64,000 nt of DNA from Propionicimonas sp. (GCF_049840635.1 NZ_JASGKL010000004.1:380605-444604), one strand, 5' to 3'; counted from the first letter of the stretch, positions 20,016-29,579 are shown. Translations and numbers: made by a program. The notes: generated by a model not told the origin, from the letters alone.

Positions 20016-21647
20016 TCAGCGGAGCATGAAGTAGGGGGAGGAGAAGATGAAGTGCAGCGCGGGACCGAGGTTGTACTTCACCTGGTCGGAGGAGAGTGTG
20101 GCCCCCGTCCCCGTCCCCTTCAGGCGGGCGACCACGATGTCGAGGTGCGCCTGCGTCCACGTGTAGCCCGTGAGGTCGGTGGTGAGGCGTTTCGCGACGT
20201 CGGCGACCACCTGGCCCTTCTTGACGCCGAGCGCCTTGGCCCAGGTCGAGGAGGCCGAGGGCCACTCGGCGTCGTTGCCCCAGTTGATCCGGGCGTTGGC
20301 CGAGTACCAGTGGCCGAGCAGGGCCTGGGTGGCCATCCAGTCGCTCGCCTGGTCGGGGTAGCCGTTCACAACCGGCCACATCCGCGGCTGGTGGTTCTCC
20401 AGGTAGAGCAGCCACTGGACGGTGCCGGTGATACCCCACACGTTCTCGGCCTGCGTGGTCGTGGTGTGGATAGTGGAGGGTTTGCGCACCTTCACCATGG
20501 TGGCCATGGTCTCCTGGGGACGCCGCCACTTCGCGCCGACGGAATCGGCGAACTCGTCGCTGTGCAGCAGGGCGCGCATGACGGCGGACAGCGAGGTGTC
20601 GTTCGCCAGGTACACCGCGGCGAGGTGGTCGAGCAGGGCGTCGGACGGGGTGTCGGACACGTAGCGGACGGCGAGCCGCTCCGCGATCCGCCGCGCCGTG
20701 CCCTCGTGGTGGGCGAGGTAGGACAGGTAGGCCTTCAGCGCGGCGGGCCCGTCGGCGGCCGTCGCGTTGGGGTGGGTGAACCCCATCACCGAGATCTTCC
20801 CGACGTAGTGGTCGCCGGGGTTGTAGCGGTACGTCCGCTTCGTCCAGTCCAGGCTGTGCCCCGTGAGCATCAGGGCGGACTGGCGCACGTCCTCCTCTTC
20901 GTAGTTCCCGACGCCGACGGTGTGCAGCTCGAGCAGCTCGCGTCCGAGGTTCTCGTTGGGACTGTCGGCGGAGTTGACCTGGTTGTCGAGGTAGATCAGC
21001 AGCGCGGGGTGCCGCACGGCCGCGTACAGCATGCTCGAGAACTTCCCGAGCGCGTACTTGCGCAGTACGGCCCAGTCGAACCAGGCGACGAACTCGCTGG
21101 CTTTGCCGTCCGCGGAGATGTAGAGCTGGTCGGCCATCGTGTCGACCATCGACTCGTACAGGTGCCGCTGGGTGAACACCTGCCGGATCGTCCGGGTGAC
21201 GCTCATCGCCTTCCCGGCCTTCCACGCCTGCTTCTTCGACGCGACGTAGACCTCGTGGCCGGTCATCGTCGCGTAGCTCAGGTGCTTCTTGACGATCCCG
21301 TCGGCCTTGGTGTCGCTGATCTTCTTCCAGGCCAGCTGCTGGTCGATCCAGGCCGTCGTCCCCACCTTCGCGATCTTCTTCGCGAGGGCAGCGGTGGGCG
21401 CGGGCGACACGCGCCGGGCGAGGTGCCAGGCCGCCGAGGAGGTCAGGTCCAGTCCGCTGGCCAGGTCGGAGATCGTCGCCGGCAGGACGGGGGAGAGCGG
21501 CCGCACCGGTGGCGCGGCGAGGGCCCGGGCGGTGCCCAGCGAGGACAGGGCGACGCCGCCGGCGGCGGCGAGGCCGAGCGCCGCCCGACGTGAGGGCGCG
21601 GGGGGCAGCGCGCCGGTGTCGGCCGGGGGAGGCGAAGCTGTCGTCAT
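20016..21647 (-). CDS. DUF1800 domain protein (Tat-like signal)
   Basis: SRRAAL twin-Arg motif, HPALLIYLDN, PNENLGRELLELHTVG, LAVRYVSD. Confidence 0.88.
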   Translation of the reverse strand: MTTASPPPADTGALPPAPSRRAALGLAAAGGVALSSLGTARALAAPPVRPLSPVLPATISDLASGLDLTSSAAWHLARRVSPAPTAALAKKIAKVGTTAWIDQQLAWKKISDTKADGIVKKHLSYATMTGHEVYVASKKQAWKAGKAMSVTRTIRQVFTQRHLYESMVDTMADQLYISADGKASEFVAWFDWAVLRKYALGKFSSMLYAAVRHPALLIYLDNQVNSADSPNENLGRELLELHTVGVGNYEEEDVRQSALMLTGHSLDWTKRTYRYNPGDHYVGKISVMGFTHPNATAADGPAALKAYLSYLAHHEGTARRIAERLAVRYVSDTPSDALLDHLAAVYLANDTSLSAVMRALLHSDEFADSVGAKWRRPQETMATMVKVRKPSTIHTTTTQAENVWGITGTVQWLLYLENHQPRMWPVVNGYPDQASDWMATQALLGHWYSANARINWGNDAEWPSASSTWAKALGVKKGQVVADVAKRLTTDLTGYTWTQAHLDIVVARLKGTGTGATLSSDQVKYNLGPALHFIFSSPYFMLR

Positions 21648-21805
21648 CAGGCCACCTGGGGGGAGAAGTCGGCGTCCGTTCGGTGGCGCACACCCTAGAG
21701 GATGCGGGTGTCGCGGCGGGAGGGGCCCGACAGCCAGACGCTGCGGACGGGATCGCCGCGGCGGGTCCCTGTCGGAACGACGGGGGTGCTGTCTAGCATG
21801 CGCTC

Positions 21806-22519
21806 ATGCTGAATCTCGAACTCTCCGACGGCGCCGCCGAGGCGATCGTCGCCGCTCCCGAGGCGGGCAGTGGACCCGGTGTGCTGATGTTCATGGACGC
21901 GTTCGGCCTGCGTCCGCGGATCGAGGAACTGGCGCAGCGTGTGGCCGGGTGGGGCTACGTGGTGCTGGCGCCGAACGTGTTACACCGCGAGGGAACCGTC
22001 GAGGAGCTCACGCCGGACGGCCCGCCCGACTGGCAGGCGATCGCCCCGCGCATGCAGCGGCTGACGACGCATCGCGCCGAGGCCGACATCGACTCCTACG
22101 TCGCGGCGCTCGAGGGTCTGCCCCAGGTCGCCGACGGCCCGATCGGCGTGGTCGGCTTCTGCATGGGCGGCCGGCTGGCCGTCCGGACCGCGAACCGGCA
22201 CCCCGACGAGGTCGCGGCGTGCGCCGCACTGCACACCGGAGGGTTGGTGACCGCCGACGAGGACTCGCCGCACCTGGGGCTGGGCGCGGCGAGGGCCGCC
22301 TTCCTGTTCGGGCACGCGGACAACGACGGGTCGATGACCCCCGAGCAGGTGGAGACCCTCGGTGGGGTCCTGGACGCCGCGGGGCTCGAGGCGACCAACG
22401 TGATCGTCCCGGGGGCCGCCCACGGCTACACGATGTCGGACACGCCCGCCTGGAACGAGGAGGCGTTCGAGTGGGCCTTCGCCGAGCTCCACGAGCTGCT
22501 CGACCGCACGCTGCGCTGA
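21806..22519 (+). CDS. Dienelactone hydrolase family protein
   Basis: DAFGLRP, GFCMGG nucleophile, GAAHGY. Confidence 0.9.
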   Translation: MLNLELSDGAAEAIVAAPEAGSGPGVLMFMDAFGLRPRIEELAQRVAGWGYVVLAPNVLHREGTVEELTPDGPPDWQAIAPRMQRLTTHRAEADIDSYVAALEGLPQVADGPIGVVGFCMGGRLAVRTANRHPDEVAACAALHTGGLVTADEDSPHLGLGAARAAFLFGHADNDGSMTPEQVETLGGVLDAAGLEATNVIVPGAAHGYTMSDTPAWNEEAFEWAFAELHELLDRTLR

Positions 22520-22763
22520 GCGCTCCCGGCGTCCGCAGGGTCACCCGAACGGGGTCTGACCAGCCGATGTCCTCCTCGCCTAGATTCGACATGGCTCCTC
22601 CCGGGTGGGTCCGCCAACCTCCCGGGGGCACGTATCACGCCGACACGTTTGGAGGGGGCAGCCGGCTTGGTCGTGATCGCTGGAGGCGCCGCGGCCGGGT
22701 TTGCGCCGCGACGCCTCCGGCAGAGCCACCAGCGCCGCGGTGAATCGGTCTAGGCTCGTCGCC

Positions 22764-23009
22764 ATGGCCCTCACGCGCGACGACATGATCCGGATCCTCG
22801 CGGAGGCCGACCCGGTCGGGCTGATCGAGGCGGGGGGCCCGCCGGACGAGTACGCGGCGGAGGCCGACGAGATCCTCGCCCTCCAGGGCGTCCCGCAGCT
22901 CACCGAGATCACCGGCGTCTTCGCCGTCAGCTTCAGCGAGCCGGGGGCGTGCAGCAGGGAGACCGCCCGCTGGATCGCGGAGGAGATGGTGCGCAGGGCC
23001 GGCAGCTGA
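22764..23009 (+). CDS. Small hypothetical protein (DUF1871/YugE-like)
   Basis: DPVGLIEAGGPPDEYAAEA motif recalls that family; recognition by eye only. Confidence 0.5.
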   Translation: MALTRDDMIRILAEADPVGLIEAGGPPDEYAAEADEILALQGVPQLTEITGVFAVSFSEPGACSRETARWIAEEMVRRAGS

Positions 23010-23048
23010 CGGCGGGTGCGGGGCGCGGTCCGGTTCGGAGAATCCTCC

Positions 23049-23333
23049 TCAGAAGGCCGGGAACGTGCCCAGGAGGAGGGCGACGACGGCGAAGGCGAAG
23101 AAGGCGAGCACGAGCCAACGGCGTCGCGTCGTGTGGTGACCGTCCGGGGCGTCGCCGCGCGGCACGGCCGCGTCCGCCAGTTCGCGGGGAACCGGGCCGA
23201 CCAGGGTGACCGGCTCGCTGTGACCGGGATCGATGTCGTCACGCTGGGGATCCTGGAGCGGGCCGCCGGGCGTCAACCAGCGCGCGGTGATCGGGTCGAA
23301 CCGCTCGGCGGGCGGGGGCAGGACGCGGGCCAT
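23049..23333 (-). CDS. Small protein with C-terminal TM helix
   Basis: Pro-rich N-terminus, RRRW then LVLAFFAFAVVALLLG. Confidence 0.45.
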   Translation of the reverse strand: MARVLPPPAERFDPITARWLTPGGPLQDPQRDDIDPGHSEPVTLVGPVPRELADAAVPRGDAPDGHHTTRRRWLVLAFFAFAVVALLLGTFPAF

Positions 23334-23417
23334 GGGACCAGCGTTGCACTCGCGGGCCCGGCGTGACGACGACTCGTAGACAACCGGCTGCGTCGCACCT
23401 CTCGGGCCACGTCCGTC

Positions 23418-23582
23418 CGTGCCAGCTGGTGGCGGTTATCAGCCCGCCGCGGCGGCCGCTGCCCGGTCCGTGCCAGTCGGTGGTGGTTGTGAAGGCGTCC
23501 GGAGGCCTCACAACCACCACCAACTGACACGCACTCATTGGCGGAGCCCGGTGACCCCTCATAACCACCGCGGCCTGACACG
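23418..23582. repeat. Nested 2+2 inverted repeat element with 51-bp spacing (orphan)
   Basis: CGTGCCAG..GGTGG(C/T)GGTT(A/G)T at 23418 and 23469; complementary copies start at 23506 and 23557; both pairs symmetric about 23500. Confidence 0.75.
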
Positions 23583-23684
23583 CTCCTCCCATGATCTACC
23601 AGAGCGCTGCCGCGGACCGGGACAAGGAGATTGCGCGGCGGATCTCGGAGCTGGCGACCGGCGCTGTCCGGGTCTGACGCTGCT

Positions 23685-24044
23685 TCAGGCGCCCGGGTTC
23701 AGGCTTGCCTCCGCGTCGGCGAACGTTCCGGCGAGCGCGGCCCGCCACGAGGCGAGGTCATTGGCGAGCGTTTCCCAGGTCAGCGCGCGGTCGATCTCGT
23801 CGTATTGATGAATGAGCCAGTTGCGGTTGGCGATGGCGTCCGTCCAGAGCACACCCTCGGGTGGCTCGACGTTCGCCCGAGCGAGGCGACCGGCCGCCTC
23901 GCCGAGTTTCATCATGAGGGAGTCCCCGGCCTCTTGCAGCAACGGGTTGTCCTGATACGCGTCCCGGCCGTGGTCGACGATGTCGCCGGCGCGTTTGAGC
24001 CAGTCGCGAATGTGCAGGAACTCCTTGGCGATCTTCCGGTCCAT
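23685..24044 (-). CDS. HEPN (DUF86/HepT-like) ribonuclease toxin
   Basis: RX4H motif RNWLIH followed by QY; LMMKLGEAA; TGATG coupling with the upstream MNT. Confidence 0.88.
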   Translation of the reverse strand: MDRKIAKEFLHIRDWLKRAGDIVDHGRDAYQDNPLLQEAGDSLMMKLGEAAGRLARANVEPPEGVLWTDAIANRNWLIHQYDEIDRALTWETLANDLASWRAALAGTFADAEASLNPGA

Positions 24045-24517
24045 CACAGGAGCACCGCCTCTCGTCGGATGTCGTCGTCCAGCCCGGCCTTGAGTCCGCC
24101 GTACGTGACGAGGTCGACGGGACGGCCGAGGATCTGCTCGAAGGTTCCGAGAAGAGCGAGCAGCTCCTTGATCGCGGCGCCGGGAGGGGCATCGACCAGG
24201 AGATCGATGTCGGAGTCGTCTCGTGCGTCGCCTCGGGCAACCGATCCGAAGACCGCCAGGCGCTCGAACCCCCGAGCTCGTGCGACGTCCACCAGGACCG
24301 GTGCCGCGGCCCTCACCAAGGCTTCCGGATGCACCTTGGTCAGGTCTCGGGATGCCTTGAGTTGCTGGCTCACGGCCGGCTGGCTGATCCCGAGCTTCGA
24401 GGCCACGTCGCGTTGACTCGAACCCGTGGCGAGCAGGGCGCGCAGGGCCAGCATCCTTCGCAACCGCGAGGTCTCCTCGTGGGCCCGCGCGTCGCGGTAC
24501 TCGGCGACCAGACTCAT
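24044..24517 (-). CDS. HTH-fused minimal nucleotidyltransferase (MNT) antitoxin
   Basis: HTH SQRDVASKLGISQPAVSQQL; NTase motif FGSVARGDARDDSDIDL; RPVDLV. Confidence 0.88.
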   Translation of the reverse strand: MSLVAEYRDARAHEETSRLRRMLALRALLATGSSQRDVASKLGISQPAVSQQLKASRDLTKVHPEALVRAAAPVLVDVARARGFERLAVFGSVARGDARDDSDIDLLVDAPPGAAIKELLALLGTFEQILGRPVDLVTYGGLKAGLDDDIRREAVLL

Positions 24518-24585
24518 AAGGACATCTTATCACCGCGCGCCACCTCGGGTGGCTCGCGTCCTGCGGCCCCCGGTTGCGCGTCGGG

Positions 24586-27354
24586 TCAGGGGACGGTGAG
24601 TGGATCGGCGGTGCGGGTTACTGCTGTGTGGTTGGCGCGGTCTCCGGTGACGGTGAGGCTGATCTGGTGGGTCCTGTCGGTGTCGGTGAGTTGGTAGGTG
24701 CTCCGGGTCGCGCCGGCGATGGCGATTCCGTCGCGGAGCCACTGGTGGCGGAAGGTGATCGTGCCGGGTCCCCAGGCGCCCCGGTCGACCCCGAGGGTCT
24801 GGCCCACATCGGGGGTGCCGGTGATGGTCGGCTGGCTGGAGTGGACGGCGCCCTGGGTGATGGCAACGGTGCGCCTGGACGTCTCGGACTCGGTGTGGAT
24901 CCCAGCCGCGTGGCCGGTGACCCGCACCGAGAGGTGCTTGCCGCGGTCGCGGGCGGTGGGTGTGTAGGTCGGCTTGGTGGCGCCGGTGATGGGGTTTCCG
25001 TTGCGGAGCCAGCGGTAGGTGAAGCGTTCCGGGGTGATCTGCCAGGGGTCCATCTGGATGGACAGCTGCTGCCCGGTCTGGGTTGTGCCGACGATCTTGG
25101 GTCGGTGGGTCCAGAACCAGCCCCGGATCACCCTGTCCGACCAAGGCGTCCAGCGGGTGATGGAGATGTAGCCGTCCTTGACGCCGGTGACCTGAGCCCT
25201 GATCCGTTTGCCGAGGTCCTTCGCCACCGGGATGTAGCCCCAGTCGTTGGCTCCGGGGACCACCTTGCCGTTGACGTACCACTGGTACTCGTAGTGGTCG
25301 ACCGCGGGCGTCCAGGGCTTGGCGTACACAGCTGTGGTGTAACTGACCACGGCGCGACCGGACAACCTTGGTGGGGGGATGGTGGTGAAGGCGGCGTCGG
25401 GCCCTGCCCTCTGGATCAGCGTCCCGCTGAACGCCGAGGAACCGTTGGCCTGGGTGAATCCGACGGTGTGGGTGCCGGAGGTGGCGTAGGCGACCTGCCC
25501 GTCGGCATAGGTGGTGTTCGCATCCAGGCTCAGCGCGGGCAGGTCGCCACCGAATCCCCGGATGGTGAGGTCGGTCGGGGTGGCGACGGTGGCGACCTCG
25601 GTCGCGGTGACCTGCTGTCCGTTGGCGGTGACCGTCGTGGTGGCCGTATCGAACGCGGACACGTCGGAGATCTTGTTGTTGCTGAGCGTCATCGACGTGA
25701 GGTGCGGGCTCTGCGCGAGGACGGACACGTCCGTCAGTGCGTTGTTGCGGAGGTCGGCCGTTCGCAGGGCGGTCGCGCCGGTGAGGCCGTGAATGTCGCT
25801 GAGCCCGTTGGAGGCGAGTTCGAGCTGGTCAAGGTCCTGCAGGGCGGTGAAGGCGGGCAGGGCATGCACCTGGTTGCTCGATGCGTGCAGCTCGGTCAGT
25901 GGGGCGCCGGTGAGGGGGCCGAGGTCGCTGATCCGGTTGTTGGTGAGCCACACCGCCGCCAACGAGGGCAGCCCGGCCAGCGCGGTGAGGTCGGTGAGCT
26001 GGTTGTTGGTGGCGCGCAGCGTGGCCAGGGCGGGCAGGTCGGCCAGTCCGTCGGTGCTGGCCAGCTCGTTGTTGATCAGGTCGACCTCGGTGAGCGTGGG
26101 CAGGCCGGAGACGCCATCGAGCGTGGTCAGCTGGTTGTCGTTCAGGTTCAGCGAACTGAGCCTGGGAAGCCGTTCATAGGTTCCGGGGTTGGTGAGCGTG
26201 TTGGTCCGCGCGTCCACGGTGGCCAGGGCGGGGAGGTCGGTCAGCCGCAGATTGGTCAACTTGTTAGAGCTTAGGTTCAGGGTCTGAAGTGCGGGTAGGC
26301 CGGACAGCGCGACATCGGTCAGGTGGTTGTTGGAGGCGTCGAGCGTGGTGAGGCTCGGCGGCGTCCCGATGATGAGGCTGGTGAGCTGGTCGTGCACCAC
26401 GGTGATGCTCGACAGCGACGTCATTCCGCTGAGGTCGGGCAGTCCGCTGAGCCGGCTGTCCCGGATCACGAGCGTGGCCAGGCCGGTCAGGCCGCACAGT
26501 GGTGTCAGGTCGGCGGTGGTGTTGTAGATCTCCAGTTCGGCCATCCTGGACAGCGCCGAGAGCGGGTCCAGGTCGGTCGCGGCGGGAGTGATCAACCACA
26601 GGTGGGTCAGCCCGTTCAGATCCGACAGGGTGGAGAGGTCGGTCAGGTTCTTTCCACCGAGGTAGAGGGTGTCGAGGTTCGGCGCGTGGCCGAGGTGGAG
26701 CTCGGTGAGGGTGTCGTCGTACAGGGCCAGCTTGGTGAGGCTGGTCAGGTCCGACATCCACGAGAAGTCGGTGGTGCCGGTCGTGCCCAGGCTGAGTTCG
26801 GTGAGCGCGGTCAGCCGGGCGACCGGGCCGAGATCCACTGACATGCCGCCCAGATGCAGCTTGCGGAGGGACGGCAGGTCGGTGAGGAAACCGAGGTCGT
26901 CGAGCAGGTGGCCGCTCAGGCTCAGTTCCGTCAGCCCGCTCAGACCGCGCAGCGGTGCGGGGTCCACCGTCGGGCCGCCGGAGATCAACAGCACCTGCAA
27001 GTCGGCAAGACCTGCCAGCGGCGACAGGTCCGTGATCTCCTCCATCGAGAATGAGACTGTCCGGGCGCCCGTGAGGTGCTCGGCCCCGGTGAGGTCGCGG
27101 ATCGGTTCCTCACCAGAATTGTTCCAGCAGGCCACCTCGTCCAGCGAGGCGAGCCGGCTATCGGTGAGCGGAACCTCGCCCGCACCGAGCTCCCTGATCA
27201 AGCAGGCGCGGAACGCCGCGTCCGGCACATTGACGATCGCGTCAGCCCGGGCCGGCAGCGGCCCCAACCCGACCAACGCCAGCGAACACAGCGCCACCAA
27301 CGGCACACGCACCCTCACCACAACCCCCTGCGCAACCCAACCCCATGAATGCAT
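24586..27354 (-). CDS. Secreted internalin-like leucine-rich-repeat surface protein with C-terminal repeats of about 90 aa
   Basis: Signal peptide ending PARA-D, VPDAAFRACL cap, roughly 20 LRRs of type LxxLxLxxNxLxDL, then PxIxG..VGxTL/YQW/YRW repeats; codon usage differs from the backbone. Confidence 0.85.
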   Translation of the reverse strand: MHSWGWVAQGVVVRVRVPLVALCSLALVGLGPLPARADAIVNVPDAAFRACLIRELGAGEVPLTDSRLASLDEVACWNNSGEEPIRDLTGAEHLTGARTVSFSMEEITDLSPLAGLADLQVLLISGGPTVDPAPLRGLSGLTELSLSGHLLDDLGFLTDLPSLRKLHLGGMSVDLGPVARLTALTELSLGTTGTTDFSWMSDLTSLTKLALYDDTLTELHLGHAPNLDTLYLGGKNLTDLSTLSDLNGLTHLWLITPAATDLDPLSALSRMAELEIYNTTADLTPLCGLTGLATLVIRDSRLSGLPDLSGMTSLSSITVVHDQLTSLIIGTPPSLTTLDASNNHLTDVALSGLPALQTLNLSSNKLTNLRLTDLPALATVDARTNTLTNPGTYERLPRLSSLNLNDNQLTTLDGVSGLPTLTEVDLINNELASTDGLADLPALATLRATNNQLTDLTALAGLPSLAAVWLTNNRISDLGPLTGAPLTELHASSNQVHALPAFTALQDLDQLELASNGLSDIHGLTGATALRTADLRNNALTDVSVLAQSPHLTSMTLSNNKISDVSAFDTATTTVTANGQQVTATEVATVATPTDLTIRGFGGDLPALSLDANTTYADGQVAYATSGTHTVGFTQANGSSAFSGTLIQRAGPDAAFTTIPPPRLSGRAVVSYTTAVYAKPWTPAVDHYEYQWYVNGKVVPGANDWGYIPVAKDLGKRIRAQVTGVKDGYISITRWTPWSDRVIRGWFWTHRPKIVGTTQTGQQLSIQMDPWQITPERFTYRWLRNGNPITGATKPTYTPTARDRGKHLSVRVTGHAAGIHTESETSRRTVAITQGAVHSSQPTITGTPDVGQTLGVDRGAWGPGTITFRHQWLRDGIAIAGATRSTYQLTDTDRTHQISLTVTGDRANHTAVTRTADPLTVP

Positions 27355-27440
27355 CCGGCCACCGAGCATGGACGACGGATCCGGTCTCGGCCTCATCTTC
27401 CCGGATCGGACGCCCCCGCGAAGTGGGGCACGTCGGGACG

Positions 27441-27487
27441 ATGGCCAAGTGGCCATCCTGACGCTCAGAGACTGTCCAAGTGGGCAA
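27441..27487. promoter_or_regulatory. Two 7-2-7 inverted repeats upstream of the LRR gene (candidate NarL/LuxR-type sites)
   Basis: ATGGCCA-AG-TGGCCAT (27441-27456) and CTGTCCA-AG-TGGGCAA (27472-27487), 31 bp apart. Confidence 0.45.
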
Positions 27488-27557
27488 GCCGATCGCTCGA
27501 ACCCGGCGACTGGACGACTTCATCAGGGCACTCGCGTCTGCGTGGAGCGGGCCCAGC

Positions 27558-28190
27558 TCAGCCGCTGGTTGACAGCATCCCGAGCTGGTGTGCCTGCGCC
27601 ACCACCCTGGTGCGGGTGGGTGCATCGAGTTTGCGCATCAGCTCGGCCACGTCGGCCTTCACTGTTGAGGGGGATACGTAGAGCCGGGCGGCGATCTGCC
27701 GGTTGGTCAGGCCGAGGTCGAGCATCTGGAGGACCTGCTGCTCACGCGGGGTGAGTTTCGGCCTGGATCGGCGCGATCTACCGGCGGCCCAGCGCTGCAG
27801 GGTGCCCGGCGGGACAACGCTCATGCCGTCGTTGACCGCTCGGATCGCATGCAGGAGCGCGTGGGGCCGGGTGCTCTTCAGTAGGTAACCGCTGGCTCCC
27901 GCGGCGAGCATGTCCACGATGGTGTCGATGTCGTCGAAGGAGGTCAGCGCCAGGACCCGCGTGGTCGATGTGGCGCGGGTGATCTCGCGGGTCGCATCGA
28001 TGCCGCTCATCCTGTCCATCCGCACGTCCATCAGGACGACGTCGGGGGTGTGCTCCTTCACCAGGTGCAGGCTCTGGAGGCCGTCGGTGCAGGAGCCGAC
28101 GAGGGTCATGTCGTCGGTCGTTCGGAGGTAATCGGCCAGGGATTCTCGCACGAAGAGGTCGTCGTCGACGATCAGTACCCGGACGCTCAC
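27558..28190 (-). CDS. NarL/LuxR-family response regulator
   Basis: VLIVDDD, DVVLMDVRM, LTSFD, GYLLKS, LTPREQQVL HTH. Confidence 0.93.
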   Translation of the reverse strand: MSVRVLIVDDDLFVRESLADYLRTTDDMTLVGSCTDGLQSLHLVKEHTPDVVLMDVRMDRMSGIDATREITRATSTTRVLALTSFDDIDTIVDMLAAGASGYLLKSTRPHALLHAIRAVNDGMSVVPPGTLQRWAAGRSRRSRPKLTPREQQVLQMLDLGLTNRQIAARLYVSPSTVKADVAELMRKLDAPTRTRVVAQAHQLGMLSTSG

Positions 28191-29302
28191 TGGGTTGCCT
28201 CGAGCTCGCGTGCCGCGTGCCCTGGCAGGGGCAGGCTCACCCGGGTCAGCCACCCGCTGTCCGCGCGGCTGGCCTCGACCTGGCCACCGGCGGCACCGAT
28301 GCGTTGCCGCATCCCCCAAAGCCCCATTGGAACACGCCCTTCGCGGTCGAACCGCACGGTCCTGCAGTTGTTGGCGATCTTGAGCACGACCTCACCCTTG
28401 CCCACCTCGGCCGACACCGTGCACGGTCCGTGCTGATCACCGTGCTTGATCACGTTGCTCAGGGCTTCCTCGGCGGCCGCCGCCAAGAGTTGGGCGGTCG
28501 CAGGAGGAATGCCGTCCAGGTCGCCAGCGACGTTCACCGTGGGCTGGAAGCCGTGCCGGGCCAGCTCGGTCTCCGCGGACGAGAGCACCTCGCGAAATGC
28601 CCGCGCAGGCGGGGCGACCTCTCTGGTGTCGTCGGGGCTGCGCAGGACCTCAATGATGTCGCGAAGATAGCCGATCGATTCCGTCGCGGTTCGTGAGACG
28701 AACGACAGGTCCTCCTCGGTTGCCTCACCATGCAACTGGACCCGTTCCGTGGCCATCACCAAAGCGGTGAGCGACCGTGCAACCGTGTCGTGCAACTCCA
28801 GCGCGGTGCGCTGGCGCTGCAGCAGGGTTTCGGCGAGAAGCGCCTCGCGTTGTGCGCGGGTGACGGTCACGAACGCGTTCCCGATTAGCCACAAAACCCC
28901 CATGAAGGTCGCATAGAAGAGTGCCCCGAGCGTCGCGCTGAGCAGGCTCGGCGCGTTCTGAATCGCCAGACCGAACAGGATGACCAAGTAGGCGATCGAC
29001 TCGATCAGCCGCAGCCGGGTCGCGTCCCGCATACCCGAGCCCAGGATCGGAATCAGCAACGCGTACTCGCCCATCGTCGCCCAGCCCGCCGGGATGAACA
29101 GATAGACCGCCAACACCGCCCCGAGGGCAGCGCCGGAAGCCCTCGGCCACCGGCCCGTCGTCGCCGCAACCGCACACGCGACCAGGTCCAGCGCCAACGG
29201 TGGCCACGGGCGCCCAGTGGCAGCATCGAGCGTGATCGTGAGCACCGCCAACAACACGGCGAGGACGATCTCAATTCGCCCAGGCTCGACCAGCCGTCGC
29301 AT
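28187..29302 (-). CDS. Membrane sensor histidine kinase (HisKA_3 type)
   Basis: About 5 TM segments, LELHDTVARSL H-box, EALSNVIKHG N-box, GLWGMRQR; GTGA overlap with the response regulator. Confidence 0.9.
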   Translation of the reverse strand: MRRLVEPGRIEIVLAVLLAVLTITLDAATGRPWPPLALDLVACAVAATTGRWPRASGAALGAVLAVYLFIPAGWATMGEYALLIPILGSGMRDATRLRLIESIAYLVILFGLAIQNAPSLLSATLGALFYATFMGVLWLIGNAFVTVTRAQREALLAETLLQRQRTALELHDTVARSLTALVMATERVQLHGEATEEDLSFVSRTATESIGYLRDIIEVLRSPDDTREVAPPARAFREVLSSAETELARHGFQPTVNVAGDLDGIPPATAQLLAAAAEEALSNVIKHGDQHGPCTVSAEVGKGEVVLKIANNCRTVRFDREGRVPMGLWGMRQRIGAAGGQVEASRADSGWLTRVSLPLPGHAARELEATQ

Positions 29303-29445
29303 CAGATCACCGGAGCCGGCCCGGGTTCGGGGGATATGCACGTGCGCCTCACAGCAGGGGATGAGCTTTCATGGAAGACCGTAATAGAAACGCGGCCGAA
29401 GCGCCGCAGGATCCGCTGTGTGCACCGGAGCCTGTTCGGATGTCA

Positions 29446-29579
29446 TCAACGAGACTCTTCGGTGCAACCTGGCGGTAGGGCCCACCCTCAGCATGCTGCT
29501 GGTCTTGGCGGAGCAATGGACGGGCTGGCGCGCTAGGCCATCGTGTTCCAGACAAAGCGTCTGAACTCAGCGCGGCAGA
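29446..29579 (+). pseudogene. Degenerate duplicate of the 3' part of the 30763..31065 gene and its downstream flank
   Basis: Aligns by eye with 30955-31093 (TCAACGAGACTCTTCGG...CACCCTCAGCATG...GCTGGCGC...GAACTCAGCGCGGCAGA) with substitutions and an indel. Confidence 0.75.
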
